Source of the DNA: an uncultured Desulfospira sp.
GTDB lineage: Bacteria; Desulfobacterota; Desulfobacteria; Desulfobacterales; Desulfobacteraceae
Length of the DNA: 64,000 nucleotides
Reading direction: 5' to 3'
NCBI GenBank assembly: GCA_963663165.1
Contig: OY760175.1
Span: 4,288,001 to 4,352,000, forward strand
Shown here: piece by piece, positions 39,404 to 49,776 of the stretch
Position numbering within the stretch: the first letter of the stretch is position 1
Layout of the letters: every line of letters begins with the position of its first letter
Translations under genes and position numbers: made by a program
The notes under the pieces: generated by a model
What the model saw: only the letters and a program-made list of their open reading frames with translations
What the model was told of the DNA's origin: nothing
The model's database searches: none

Positions 39404-40366
39404 ATGAGAGGGAAAAGTTTATTGGTTGCCGGATTGATTGCCGTGTTAGCGTTTGGATTAAGCCAGTCTGCTTTTGCTAAAACCCGTGTGGTTTTCGGTG
39501 GGGGGCCGGCCGGTGGAACGTTTCAGGTGGTTGCCAACAGCATTCAGGTTTATAAACCCATAAAAGAGGTTGCCGAATTCAAGGTCCAGGCCCAGTCTTC
39601 GGGCGGATCCACTGAAAACTTAAGAAAGACCGATGCCGGACGGCAGCAGATGAGCGTGGTCTATTCCGGCCATGTCTACTTAGGACGTAACGGCCGGCTG
39701 GCAAACGACACCAAAAAGTATGAAAACGTTCTGGCCGTTGCCTGGCTTTATGGCGCACCGGCTCAGCTGATCATCCGCAAAGATTCGGGCATCAAGTCTG
39801 TCAAAGACCTGGTGGGGAAAAAAGTGGGCGTGGGCAATGCCGGCTCCGGCGCATTTGCCAACTGTGAACTGTTTTTCAAACACATGGGCGTCTGGGACAA
39901 GATTGAAAGAAACGCCATGGGGTATAATGATGCGGCCCAGGCCTTTGGAAACAATCAGCTGGATGCCTTCTGGCTGTTTACCGCCTTTCCTTCAGGCGCC
40001 GTTATCATGGCGGCCCAGACCAATGACATTGCCATGGTGGACCTGGATGCCGATGCTGTAAATTCCAAATTCTATGACCAATATCCTTATTTTGCCAAAC
40101 TTTCGGTTCCGGCCAACACTTACAAGGGTGTTGATCACGATGTGCCGTCTTTTCAGGATTCCGCCCTCTGGGTGGCCAACTCAAAGGTTCCTGATGACGT
40201 GGTTTATCAAATGCTGTCCATCATCTACACAGACGAGGGACTGGCCCACATGAAAGCCCAGAAAAAAACATTTAAGAATATGTCTGTTAAAACCGGTGCC
40301 GACGGTGTTGTCACACCGTTTCATCCCGGAGCCGAAAAGTTCTGGAAAGAAAAAGGCATCTTATAA
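39404..40366 (+). CDS. TAXI-family TRAP solute-binding protein
   Basis: Signal peptide; GGGPAGGTF, SSGGSTEN, GNAGSG, PFHPGA motifs. Confidence 0.92.
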   Translation: MRGKSLLVAGLIAVLAFGLSQSAFAKTRVVFGGGPAGGTFQVVANSIQVYKPIKEVAEFKVQAQSSGGSTENLRKTDAGRQQMSVVYSGHVYLGRNGRLANDTKKYENVLAVAWLYGAPAQLIIRKDSGIKSVKDLVGKKVGVGNAGSGAFANCELFFKHMGVWDKIERNAMGYNDAAQAFGNNQLDAFWLFTAFPSGAVIMAAQTNDIAMVDLDADAVNSKFYDQYPYFAKLSVPANTYKGVDHDVPSFQDSALWVANSKVPDDVVYQMLSIIYTDEGLAHMKAQKKTFKNMSVKTGADGVVTPFHPGAEKFWKEKGIL

Positions 40367-40529
40367 AGTTAATTAAAAATGGTTATTTTCCGTACCCGGG
40401 ACACCCCTTTCCCGGTACGGAATCCCCTTTTTTAAGCCGCCTGGTTATTTAAACCAGGCCCATCCTTAACAAGAACAAAAGCTAACCGCTAATGGCTAAA
40501 AGCTAACAGCTAAAAACGAAAGGCAAACC

Positions 40530-42419
40530 GTGTACGAAAAACTTAATCGAATCGAACAGATTATCTTTGACATCTGTTCGGTCACTCTGGTCGTTTTTTA
40601 TTCCTGGGCCGCTGTGGTTCAGCCCATGGCAACCCAGTACCACAGGGGGATTTATGTGATCATCACCTATATCCTTGTCTTCCTTCTCTACCAATCCAAA
40701 ACCAGAATCGGGCGGGTGATAGACTATCTTCTCATTGTTATGTCTGTTGCGTCTGTGGGGTACTGGATTGTGCTGTTTGAGGCCATCAATTACCGGACCG
40801 GTGCTGAAACCAATGTGGATATGGTTTTTGCCATTGTTGGGGTTCTGGTCGGCATTGAGCTTGCCCGCCGGGTGGTGGGAAATGTTTTTGTTATCCTTGG
40901 GGCTGCAATGCTGATTTACGGGGTATACGGGTATCTGGCACCGGCCCTTTTTTCCCACGCCGGCGCGCCCTTTACCGAACTGTGTATTTCTATTTTCTAT
41001 AAAAGTGACGGGGTGTTCGGCATCATGGCCAATGTGCTGGCCACCTATGTGATTTTGTTTGTCCTGTTCGGTGCTTACCTGGAAAAATGCGGGGCACAGA
41101 AGTTTTTTATTGACTGGCCCCTGGCTGCTGTGGGCCATAAAACCGGGGGGCCGGCCAAGGTCTCTGTCATCGCCTCAGGCCTTTTCGGATCCATTTCAGG
41201 GTCTGCCATTGCCAATACCGTGTCCACGGGGATGTTCACCATCCCCATGATGAAAAAGGCCGGGTTCAAGCCCCATATTGCCGGCGGCATTGAGCCGGCG
41301 GCCTCCATTGGCGGCATGTTCATGCCCCCGATCATGGGAGCCGGCGGGTTTATCATGGCGGAACTGACCGGCGTGCCCTATTCACGGATCATGCTGGTGG
41401 CCATTTTTCCGGCCCTGATGTATTTTTTCTCGGTATTCTGCATGGTCCATTATGAGGCCAAAAAAGATGGTATTGTGGGTGAAAAATCTGAGTATTCCGC
41501 ATCCCACATTTTTAAAACCCAGTGGTTTTATACCATCCCGCTGATTTCCATTACCATTTTAATGCTTACCGGTTATTCTCCCGGGTATTCGGCCATTATC
41601 GGTCTTGTCACCTGTGTGTATATCAGCTGGATCGGGGGAAATGATCGCATGGACTTGACCATGGCCTTAATTGTTACGGCGGTGTTTTTAATTTCCATGA
41701 TTAATCTGGCCTTTGGGGGCGAAAAAGGAGAGGCAGTTGTTCCCCAGTGGGCCGGGCTGATTATCGGACTTGCTGCGGCCATTTTCGTTTACGTGAAATT
41801 CCCCAAACAGATTAAACCCGGTTTGAGCAGTTTTATGGATGCGGCCCGGTCCGGTACGGAAAACAGCCTGAAAATCGGTGCCACGGTGGGGGTCATCGGC
41901 ATCATCATCGGGGTGCTCACCTTCTCAGGCCTGGTCTTAACCTTTGCCGACATCATGATTGAACTGGCCGGCGGGTCTTTGCTGTTGACCATTTTACTGG
42001 TTGCCCTGGCATCCCTGGTGCTGGGGATGGGGGTGCCGGTTACGGCAGCCTACCTGATCACGGCCGTGGTGGCGGTGCCGGCCCTGACCCATTTGGGGGT
42101 CAACGAAATTGCCGCCCACATGATCGTCTACTGGCTGTCCCAGGATTCCAATATCACGCCGCCGGTCTGTATTGCCGCCTTTGCCGGGGCCACCATTGCC
42201 AAGGCCAACATGTGGAAAACCGCATTTTCATCTTTTAAATTTGCCAAGTTCCTTTATCTGGGACCGATTCTGTTCGGATATGTGCCGGGGTTCTCCCTGG
42301 ACGGGTCTTCCATGGATATTGCCAAGGCATTTGTTGCCATTATTTTTGCCACCTGGGCCTATTCCTGGTTTTTGAGCGGTATTTGGATTAAGTATCTGAA
42401 ACCGAAAAAAAGCAGTTAG
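40530..42419 (+). CDS. TRAP transporter fused permease (4TM/12TM)
   Basis: GGPAKVSV, GSISGSAIAN, MPPIMGAG, ITPPVC motifs. Confidence 0.92.
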   Translation: MYEKLNRIEQIIFDICSVTLVVFYSWAAVVQPMATQYHRGIYVIITYILVFLLYQSKTRIGRVIDYLLIVMSVASVGYWIVLFEAINYRTGAETNVDMVFAIVGVLVGIELARRVVGNVFVILGAAMLIYGVYGYLAPALFSHAGAPFTELCISIFYKSDGVFGIMANVLATYVILFVLFGAYLEKCGAQKFFIDWPLAAVGHKTGGPAKVSVIASGLFGSISGSAIANTVSTGMFTIPMMKKAGFKPHIAGGIEPAASIGGMFMPPIMGAGGFIMAELTGVPYSRIMLVAIFPALMYFFSVFCMVHYEAKKDGIVGEKSEYSASHIFKTQWFYTIPLISITILMLTGYSPGYSAIIGLVTCVYISWIGGNDRMDLTMALIVTAVFLISMINLAFGGEKGEAVVPQWAGLIIGLAAAIFVYVKFPKQIKPGLSSFMDAARSGTENSLKIGATVGVIGIIIGVLTFSGLVLTFADIMIELAGGSLLLTILLVALASLVLGMGVPVTAAYLITAVVAVPALTHLGVNEIAAHMIVYWLSQDSNITPPVCIAAFAGATIAKANMWKTAFSSFKFAKFLYLGPILFGYVPGFSLDGSSMDIAKAFVAIIFATWAYSWFLSGIWIKYLKPKKSS

Positions 42420-42422
42420 CAG

Positions 42423-42566
42423 GTGTTTGAACGAAAAGTCACCCACCTGCTGCGTTGCAGGAAAATCTGCAATCCTCACAACCCCAAAGGTTGCTCCGGT
42501 TGCAAATTTTCCTGGTTTCTGACCTTTGGTTACGCCTTGCATCTGGGCAACTTTTTGCCCAAACAC
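42423..42566. repeat. Palindromic MITE-like intergenic element
   Basis: GTGTTTGAACGAAAAGTCACCCA...TGGGCAACTTTTTGCCCAAACAC with internal CAGGAAAATCTGCAA/TTGCAAATTTTCCTG arms. Confidence 0.6.
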
Positions 42567-42617
42567 GGATTCTCGTTCAGGCAATATCTGTCTTGGCTAA
42601 CAGCTGACAGCTAAAAC

Positions 42618-43256
42618 TCATAAATCCACGATCTTGTTTTGAATGGCAAACCGGGACAGTTCTGCATTGTTCCTCAAGCTGAGTTTTTTGAGTATCCTGG
42701 CCCGGTAAGTATCCACCGTTTTGATGCTGATATTGTAGGATATGGCAATTTCCCGGTTGGTACTGCCAAGGGCGAGTTTTCTTAACACCTGAAGTTCCCG
42801 CATGGACAGGGATTCGGCAAGATTTTTGTTCTGGTCTCCCCGGATCACCCGCAAGGCCAGTGCTTCACTGGCCTTTTCCGTTAAATACCGTCCCCCGGCG
42901 TGGATTTTTTTGACGGCTTCCACCAGTTGTTCCGGGGCGCTTTGTTTGGTCAAAAACCCCATGGCTCCTGCCTCAATGGCCCGAATCACATACTGGTCTT
43001 CTTCATGCATGGTCAAAATCAGGACCGGGATCTGGGGGCAATAAGAAGTCATCCGGGCCACCACCTCCAACCCGTCCATGCCCGGCATGGAAATATCAAT
43101 GACAGCGGCATCCGGGTTTTTGTTCATGGCCTGGTCAAAGGCTTCCTCACCGTCGGAAGCCTCGGCAATCACCTGGATTTCATTGGAATCTTCAAGTACC
43201 CGTCTTAAGCCTTCCCGGACAATACTGTGGTCATCGGCCAGAAGCACTTTAATCAT
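42618..43256 (-). CDS. NarL/LuxR-family response regulator
   Basis: LADDH, DISMP receiver; LSMRELQVL..ISIKTVDTYR HTH. Confidence 0.93.
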   Translation of the reverse strand: MIKVLLADDHSIVREGLRRVLEDSNEIQVIAEASDGEEAFDQAMNKNPDAAVIDISMPGMDGLEVVARMTSYCPQIPVLILTMHEEDQYVIRAIEAGAMGFLTKQSAPEQLVEAVKKIHAGGRYLTEKASEALALRVIRGDQNKNLAESLSMRELQVLRKLALGSTNREIAISYNISIKTVDTYRARILKKLSLRNNAELSRFAIQNKIVDL

Positions 43257-43259
43257 AGT

Positions 43260-45374
43260 TTACCCTTTCGCGGTTACGGCAATCTGGGTTCCATTAAATG
43301 CCGAGGAAGAGATCGTTAAGATTCCCCCCACCAGATTGGCCCGTTCTCTCATCCCTTCCAGGCCAAACCCCTGGTTTTCGGTCTGTTTGTCAGGGTTGAA
43401 GCCGCGTCCGTCATCCTTGACAATCAGAACAAGATTTTCATCCTGGCACCGAAGCTCCACGAGAATGGTGGTTGCCCCGGAGTGGCGGATGGCGTTGGTG
43501 ACGGCTTCCTGGCCGATCCGGTAAAATGCGGTGGCCAGGGTGTTGGATATTCTGGGGATAGGGTCATGCTGGAATATGCAGGACACGTTGGACCGGTTTT
43601 CAAAGTCCGATACCAATGCGTCCAATGCGTCCACCAGCCCTAAGTCATCCAAAACCCTGGGCCTTAAGCGGTGGGCCATATTCCGGACATCCTGAATGGT
43701 TTCGTCTATTAATGCCTTCATTCTCGCGGCCCGTTCTGCGGCGGTTTTATCGGTTTTTACCAGGTGCTTTTCTATCCAGACCGTATCCATTCTCAAGGCC
43801 GTCAGGACCTGCCCCAGATGATCGTGAAGCTCCCTTGCCACCAGTTCTTTTTCCCTTTCCTGGGATGCGATGATTTTTGTGGACAGTTTTTTTAAGCTGT
43901 CCTGGGCCTTTTCCAGCTGGGCGGTCCGGTTTTGGACCTGCTGCTCTAAATCCTGGGAGTATTGGGACAGCTTTTCTTTGGCGGCCTGGAGGTCTTTCTG
44001 GGTTTTGTTCTTTTCGGTGACATCCACACTTACGGCCAAAGACCGGACAACCTTTCCGGTCAGCTCGTCCCTTACCCCGTAGCAGGACAGCATGACATCC
44101 ATTGTTTCCTTGTTTTTTTTGACCATGGTATAGGGAATATCTTTGCACATTCCCGTGCTGAAAAACCGGGGAAAGATGACATTTTCAGCAAACTTGCGTG
44201 ACTCCGGGGAAAAAAAGTCTATCAGGTCTTTGCCAATGGCTTCCTGCCTTGAAAAGCCCATGCGCTCCACCCAGTGGTCTGATACCCGGATAATTCGTCC
44301 TTCCGTGTCAATGGAATGCAGCATAACCGGGGTTTTGTGATAAATATGCCGGTACCGCTCCTCACTGATCCGAAGCTGTTCTTCCACCTGTTTCCTCTGG
44401 GATATTTCCCTGGACGCCAGCTGGTACAGAATAAAAACCAGGGTACCGGCCAGGAAGGTGACCAGAAACACCACCGGCCCGATTACCCGGATAAAGGGTT
44501 CTGTGGCCAGCTTTTCGATCTGCTTCCGGTTTCTTAAAGAGATGAGCCGCCAGCCCTCATAACGGGGGACCTCAAGGCCGGACATTAAAAACTCCACCCC
44601 TTTGGCATCGACGACCCGTTCACGGCTTACTTGCGTAAACCCGGTCCATTCCCAGGGGCCGTTTCCAAACTGCCGGGAATCGAGAATATGGTTGATAAAT
44701 TGTTCATCAAGCTTCCACAGCAGCTTGAACCGGAATTCATCCTTGTTGGTGATAAAAACCACCCCGACTGGATCTATAAACAACAACGTATCGTCGCTAG
44801 TTTCAAACAGGCTGGTTTCAACAAACTCCACAGATGATTTGATGACCGCTACACCGGTAATGGTGGTGTTGTCCTTTGCATAGACCGGATGGCTGTAATA
44901 GACCCCCCGCTTCAGTGAGGTGGTGCCAAGGGCCAGATAGGTAGAAGGCTCACCTTTTATGGCTGAGTGGTAATAGGGCCTGAAGGAAAAATCTTTCCCC
45001 ACAAAGCTGTCGTGATGGTTCCTGTTGGAAGAACACAACGTTATGCCATGGATATCCATCAGGTAGCAGACATCAATTTTTAAGGATGATTTAAAGATAT
45101 CCAGGACCTGGTTGGCCTGGTAAATGGTCTCCAGGTTGGTATTTTCAACCGCTGTCCTGAGCTCCCTGATCATGGAAAGGGTCTCAACGGTGTTCACATG
45201 GCCGGACAAATAGGCGGACAGCTGCCCGCTTAACAGCTTGAGGCGGGTCTGGGCCTCCGCCTGGGTTCTTTGAAATCCCGCCTCCCGGTAGGAGTGATAA
45301 TACAGCCAGCCCCCAAGAGAGGCGGAAGAAAACGCAATCAGCGCCAGGATAAATATGATCAGTCTTAACCGCAT
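43260..45374 (-). CDS. Sensor histidine kinase (Cache, PAS, HisKA_3)
   Basis: FSFRPYY Cache motif, PAS, ARELHDHLGQ, EAVTNAIRHS, DDGRGF. Confidence 0.93.
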   Translation of the reverse strand: MRLRLIIFILALIAFSSASLGGWLYYHSYREAGFQRTQAEAQTRLKLLSGQLSAYLSGHVNTVETLSMIRELRTAVENTNLETIYQANQVLDIFKSSLKIDVCYLMDIHGITLCSSNRNHHDSFVGKDFSFRPYYHSAIKGEPSTYLALGTTSLKRGVYYSHPVYAKDNTTITGVAVIKSSVEFVETSLFETSDDTLLFIDPVGVVFITNKDEFRFKLLWKLDEQFINHILDSRQFGNGPWEWTGFTQVSRERVVDAKGVEFLMSGLEVPRYEGWRLISLRNRKQIEKLATEPFIRVIGPVVFLVTFLAGTLVFILYQLASREISQRKQVEEQLRISEERYRHIYHKTPVMLHSIDTEGRIIRVSDHWVERMGFSRQEAIGKDLIDFFSPESRKFAENVIFPRFFSTGMCKDIPYTMVKKNKETMDVMLSCYGVRDELTGKVVRSLAVSVDVTEKNKTQKDLQAAKEKLSQYSQDLEQQVQNRTAQLEKAQDSLKKLSTKIIASQEREKELVARELHDHLGQVLTALRMDTVWIEKHLVKTDKTAAERAARMKALIDETIQDVRNMAHRLRPRVLDDLGLVDALDALVSDFENRSNVSCIFQHDPIPRISNTLATAFYRIGQEAVTNAIRHSGATTILVELRCQDENLVLIVKDDGRGFNPDKQTENQGFGLEGMRERANLVGGILTISSSAFNGTQIAVTAKG

Positions 45375-45551
45375 GGGTCACAGTATGATATAAGGTGTGA
45401 AATGTCCAGGGCCAAGAGCGGCAGCTGGTTGACATTAACGGTCGTAGTACATGGGACATAGGGGGAGGGGAGACCGGAAACCGGAGACTGGAGTCCGGAC
45501 GTCGCGTATTCTCTGGGTGGCGTGGGCATCCGGTCTCTAATTTAAGCTAAA

Positions 45552-46133
45552 ATGAATCAAAAATCAGACCATATTCGTGCGTTTATCGCCATCTCACCCC
45601 CCGGGCATGTGAAAAAGGTGCTCAAGGACCTTCAGGCCATGCTTAAAAAGGCGGGGATTCATGGCGCTTATCCCCGGCTGGACACCCTTCACCTTACCCT
45701 GAAATTCCTGGGCGACGTTCCGGTTGGTTCGGTTGGTTTAATTCAGAAGAGCATGGAAACGGCGGCCCGGGATCTTTCCGGATTTGAACTGACCGCCGGC
45801 GGCATCGGCGTCTTTCCCACAGTCAAGAATGCCCGGGTGATCTGGGGCGGGACAGGGGGGCGGACTGACCTGCTGGAGCTGCTTTTTTCCAGGCTTGATA
45901 ATGCGCTTTCTTCGGCAATGGGATTACAAAAAGAAACCCGGCGGTTCGCTGCCCATTTTACCCTGGCCAGGGTCAAGCAAAGGGTTGACCCTAAAATTCT
46001 GGTTCAGTTGATGCAGGATGGCAGAGGTATCCGGTCCGAACCTTTCAAAGTTAATAAATTGTCTCTTTATCAAAGCCGGCTGACCCGGTCCGGTGCGGTT
46101 TACACAGAGTTGTTTAAGGTGAATTTAGAATAG
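45552..46133 (+). CDS. thpR: RNA 2',3'-cyclic phosphodiesterase
   Basis: Two HxT motifs (LHLTLKFLG, AHFTLAR) and S.LT..GAVY. Confidence 0.92.
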   Translation: MNQKSDHIRAFIAISPPGHVKKVLKDLQAMLKKAGIHGAYPRLDTLHLTLKFLGDVPVGSVGLIQKSMETAARDLSGFELTAGGIGVFPTVKNARVIWGGTGGRTDLLELLFSRLDNALSSAMGLQKETRRFAAHFTLARVKQRVDPKILVQLMQDGRGIRSEPFKVNKLSLYQSRLTRSGAVYTELFKVNLE

Positions 46134-46170
46134 TCTATTCCGGGGTGGTAAGGATAATAATGTATAAAAT

Positions 46171-46254
46171 TGGGACTTGGGATATGGGATATGGGACTTG
46201 GGTAGGCCGTGGATACTGCAATCCCCAAGTCCCATATCCCAAGTCCCAAGTCCA
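46171..46254. repeat. Inverted pair of heptamer tandem arrays (TGGGACT/TGGGATA)n
   Basis: About 4.5 units at 46171-46202 and their reverse complement at 46224-46254. Confidence 0.8.
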
Positions 46255-46448
46255 TTATTTTGGAGTTATGTTGCGAGCGGTCCTGAAGCCTTGATTGACG
46301 GTGGTTTGGGCGCCGTAATGCCGTAAGTCAAAATCGTTCAAATAAACAGTGGGTTATCAAGGGTATGACAAATTTGCAACAAATCACTAAACATAATAAA
46401 CAGCTACAGTTTGCCCTGAGGAGTGCTGGTGATGAAGTCTGTAAGGAT

Positions 46449-47468
46449 CTATAGACTATCCAGCCACTCAAGAACGTTTTGCTTGTTTTCCCACTGGATC
46501 AACTCCTCAATCTTCGGATCAGATTTCAGGTGCTGTTTGGTGAACTGGATGAAGTTCTCTTGTAAATGTCGCTTCTGGCCTAGATCAAGCTTTAAGTAAA
46601 CCATTGTGGATTTGACATTAGAATGCCCCAAGCGATTCTTAATTTCAGATAAAGGCCGATCCTCTGAGAGCATTCGAACGGCACACGAATGACGGAAGCT
46701 ATGGACGGGGTGCATGGTCGCTGTCCGCTTTGCCGGTAAAGCCTGTTCAAGGTAGTTTTTACAGATCCGGTTGATACCGTGGCGGGTCAAGCTTGTTCCT
46801 CTTTGGTTGATGAACAGCCTTTTTTTAAACGGATGGATTGGCGTATTGCGATGTTCTTCAATATACTGATGCATAAGCTCTACTGTTTTCCCAAGCAACT
46901 GAACTTGTCGATATCGGTTACCCTTCCCAAGAATCGCCAGAGTTTGATTTTCATAATCAAAATAATCCATCTCAAGGGTAGCGATTTCCGTTGCCCTGGC
47001 ACCGGTATCATATAATAGATACAGAAGGGTATAATCTCGGAACCCGTCCTTTCTTTTAAGTTGGACCGCATTAAGGATTTGATTGATCTCCTGGGGATAC
47101 AAAAATCCGATCAACTTGTGTTGGCTTCGTTTCCGGGGAATATCAAGGATCGCATTGGTCAGTTTTTGTTGCTCGGGATAAATAAAACGGATCATTTTGG
47201 CAAAAGACTTTAAAACGGCCAGGCGCTGGTTCCGGGTTTTAGCCGTGTTGGACCGTTTGGATTCAAGCTCATTGAGAAACTGCAAAATTAATTCTACCGT
47301 GATATGTTCCAGATTGAGCGAACTGACCTTTACGCTGTGGTACTCGGCAGCAAACGGTAAAAAAAAGCGCATGGTATCCCGGTAACTTTTGATCGTATTG
47401 GGGCGGCACCCTTTGACATAAGGCAGGTATTGGTCAAAAAATTGAACAACGCAACGGGTCAGGTTCAT
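46449..47468 (-). CDS. Tyrosine recombinase RitC
   Basis: TIKSYRD, TRNQRLA, TGARATE, GKG, HSFRHS, LGH, TMVY. Confidence 0.9.
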   Translation of the reverse strand: MNLTRCVVQFFDQYLPYVKGCRPNTIKSYRDTMRFFLPFAAEYHSVKVSSLNLEHITVELILQFLNELESKRSNTAKTRNQRLAVLKSFAKMIRFIYPEQQKLTNAILDIPRKRSQHKLIGFLYPQEINQILNAVQLKRKDGFRDYTLLYLLYDTGARATEIATLEMDYFDYENQTLAILGKGNRYRQVQLLGKTVELMHQYIEEHRNTPIHPFKKRLFINQRGTSLTRHGINRICKNYLEQALPAKRTATMHPVHSFRHSCAVRMLSEDRPLSEIKNRLGHSNVKSTMVYLKLDLGQKRHLQENFIQFTKQHLKSDPKIEELIQWENKQNVLEWLDSL

Positions 47469-48439
47469 GATTCATCCCTTCTGCCGGTGGTAAATTTGAA
47501 CAGGCTGTCGCGGCTTTCAGCATCAACTGCTTTCAAATATTCCATGGTGTATTTATACTCAACATGACCCATATAGCCGGCAAGCACCGGCAGCACATTC
47601 CGGGGTGATTGTTTCCGGGCAATGGCTGCCTTCAAGGTGTTAATGGCAAAAGAGTGCCGTAAACAGTGCGGAGTGGGCTTCCCAAAGGTCGTGTCGCCGA
47701 TAATTTTCCTTGGGCGGCGGATCCCGATTTGACGCACAGCATCGTGAAAAACAGAGCGAATACGGTTATCGTTCAAGCCGTTTTCCCCTATCCCCATGAA
47801 CAGGTAGGGATTCATATCGTTTTCAATTAAAGCGGCCCTGGTTAAAAGATAGTTGTCAATCTGCATGGCAGTTGATTTTGGAATAGGGATAAGACGGTCC
47901 TTTTTGAACTTGGTTTTCTCTATGTAAATCGTCTTTTCATCCGGCCGGTAATTTTTCAATCTCAGGCGCAAGGGTTCATTCATCCTCAGCCCACAGCGGG
48001 CAAGCAGAAGGATCACCAGATATTCACTGTAATCTTTAAGGAACCGCATAGGGGTTTGCCGGATCCGTCCGCATACCACCCCCAGTAACATTTCTACCTG
48101 CTCCGGTGAGAATATAAAGGGGATGAAGGTGCGTCGGGCCGGAGCGGTCACATCTTTCAAAGGGTTATCAAGATTTATCCGCTGCCGTTTCAGATAATCA
48201 AAAAAGCCTCGAACTACATTTAGAATGCTGGCTACGCCGGAGGGCTCAAGGCCAATCTCATTTTTAAAGGTGATATAAAAATGGGGCATCCAAATGTCTG
48301 AGAGATCCGGCTGCCTCATTAAAAAATCGTCAAAGGTAAGCAAGGCCCACCGGAGCATATGGCAACTGTATCCCAGTCCTTGCCGGTAAACAATAAAGTT
48401 TTCCATCTCTGTGGCCAAAAAGCTTTTAAACGGTTTCAT
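47465..48439 (-). CDS. Tyrosine recombinase RitB
   Basis: PFIFS, CGLRMNE, KTKF.K.R, HCLRHSFA, LPVLAGYMGH..Y. Confidence 0.9.
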   Translation of the reverse strand: MKPFKSFLATEMENFIVYRQGLGYSCHMLRWALLTFDDFLMRQPDLSDIWMPHFYITFKNEIGLEPSGVASILNVVRGFFDYLKRQRINLDNPLKDVTAPARRTFIPFIFSPEQVEMLLGVVCGRIRQTPMRFLKDYSEYLVILLLARCGLRMNEPLRLRLKNYRPDEKTIYIEKTKFKKDRLIPIPKSTAMQIDNYLLTRAALIENDMNPYLFMGIGENGLNDNRIRSVFHDAVRQIGIRRPRKIIGDTTFGKPTPHCLRHSFAINTLKAAIARKQSPRNVLPVLAGYMGHVEYKYTMEYLKAVDAESRDSLFKFTTGRRDES

Positions 48440-49343
48440 CGAACAACACCCGGCGCATCAATTCCTTGTGGATACTTAGATATACTTTTGTGGAATCAAT
48501 GATGGAATGCCCCATCATTTCTTTGATTTCAAAAATGCCGGCACCTGCTTCCAGCATGTTTTGTGCAAAGGTGTGGCGCAGCCAATATCCTGTACCGGGA
48601 AGACCGGCAGCCCGCAACGCCTTTGTTAAATCGTGCCTGGTGAGCCAGGCACTTACAGCTCTGTAAGGTGGGCAATGGCTGGTTAAAAAAAGAGAGCGAG
48701 ACTGACTTTTAGGCCTGCCTCCAACGATATAAGCGGTGATTGCTTTGATAACTTCATCGGGAATGGGCAATTGAAGGGGCTTTGCATTTTTTGTGTTTTC
48801 CAGGTTTAGCAGTCCTTTGGCAAAACAGATATCGTCCAGAGTAAGGCGGCTGATTTCAATGGGGCGCAATCCAAGATAATAAGCCAGGTGAACCTGTGCA
48901 TAGACACGAAGCTCTTTGGATGTTGCACAGGGCAAATGATCAAATAACTGACGGACTTCACCGGGTCTTAAAAATTTAGGAGGCTTGACTTGAGCAAACA
49001 TTGGCGGACCGGTCACAAGCGGGGCTAAATTCTGTTGGATCAAATGCCGTTCATTATACAGGTAGTGCAAAAAGCCTCGAAAACAGGAACGGTATACCCC
49101 CTGGGTACTCTTTGCATATGGGGCATTGAACCTTGCCAGAAAATCATCAACATGCCCTATGTTTATATTGACCAGTGAGACTCCCGATGTTTGCAGATAA
49201 CTGTCAAACGCTTTGATAATTTTGGTCCTGCAACAGGTTTGAGAAGGAGAGCTTTCCTTGATTTTAAGCATATGGTCCAGATAATCCCGGCGGATCTGAT
49301 CCAGATCATAACCGGGCGGACTTTTGGGTGTCTGCTCAACCAT
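48426..49343 (-). CDS. Tyrosine recombinase RitA (short, 305 aa)
   Basis: LGLRPIEI, K, YWLRHTFA (first His replaced), MGH, TKVY. Confidence 0.87.
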   Translation of the reverse strand: MVEQTPKSPPGYDLDQIRRDYLDHMLKIKESSPSQTCCRTKIIKAFDSYLQTSGVSLVNINIGHVDDFLARFNAPYAKSTQGVYRSCFRGFLHYLYNERHLIQQNLAPLVTGPPMFAQVKPPKFLRPGEVRQLFDHLPCATSKELRVYAQVHLAYYLGLRPIEISRLTLDDICFAKGLLNLENTKNAKPLQLPIPDEVIKAITAYIVGGRPKSQSRSLFLTSHCPPYRAVSAWLTRHDLTKALRAAGLPGTGYWLRHTFAQNMLEAGAGIFEIKEMMGHSIIDSTKVYLSIHKELMRRVLFDETV

Positions 49344-49776
49344 GATCGGCCTCCATAACCAGTTTGCTCAAAATTTTTCCAACTGATTCAGGTTGACGGC
49401 TGTTCAGGGAAGATTTTTTTTGTACAGCAGATTGTATAAGGTTGGCCGGTAAGGAAAGCACCTGGTAAATGGTGCCGTCAAAGGCAATCAGATCATTTTC
49501 CATCAATCCATCCCGAGCTTCAATGTACTGGTCCAGTTGCATTTTTAGCAGGGTGCATATTTTATCATAACTGTAAAAACTTAATCCGTTGCGGTCACCG
49601 GCCAGAACCAGGAAAAAATACAATAACAACTCGTCCCGGCTTAATGCTCGCAAAAATCCACCCGTAAGAAACCGATGGGGGATAAAACTAAATCCTCCTT
49701 TGATACAACGCACCCTTGAAGGGTTCAGGATTTCTTTTTTTACCATGCCGCGCCTCCAGTTTTTACGTTTATCCAT
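49336..49776 (-). CDS. Small putative winged-helix/HTH protein
   Basis: 146 aa; GFSFIPHRFL..GFL..LS..ELLLYFFLVLAGDRNGLSFYSYDKIC; overlaps both neighbours by 8 nt. Confidence 0.7.
   Translation of the reverse strand: MDKRKNWRRGMVKKEILNPSRVRCIKGGFSFIPHRFLTGGFLRALSRDELLLYFFLVLAGDRNGLSFYSYDKICTLLKMQLDQYIEARDGLMENDLIAFDGTIYQVLSLPANLIQSAVQKKSSLNSRQPESVGKILSKLVMEADHG

Noticed and set aside
46149..46172. Chromosomal dif site (ATAATGTATA)
   Set aside because: Only the central part matches; the XerD arm TTATGTTAAAT is absent.
46171..46254. Possible CRISPR array
   Set aside because: 7-bp tandem units without unique spacers, and no cas genes in the window.
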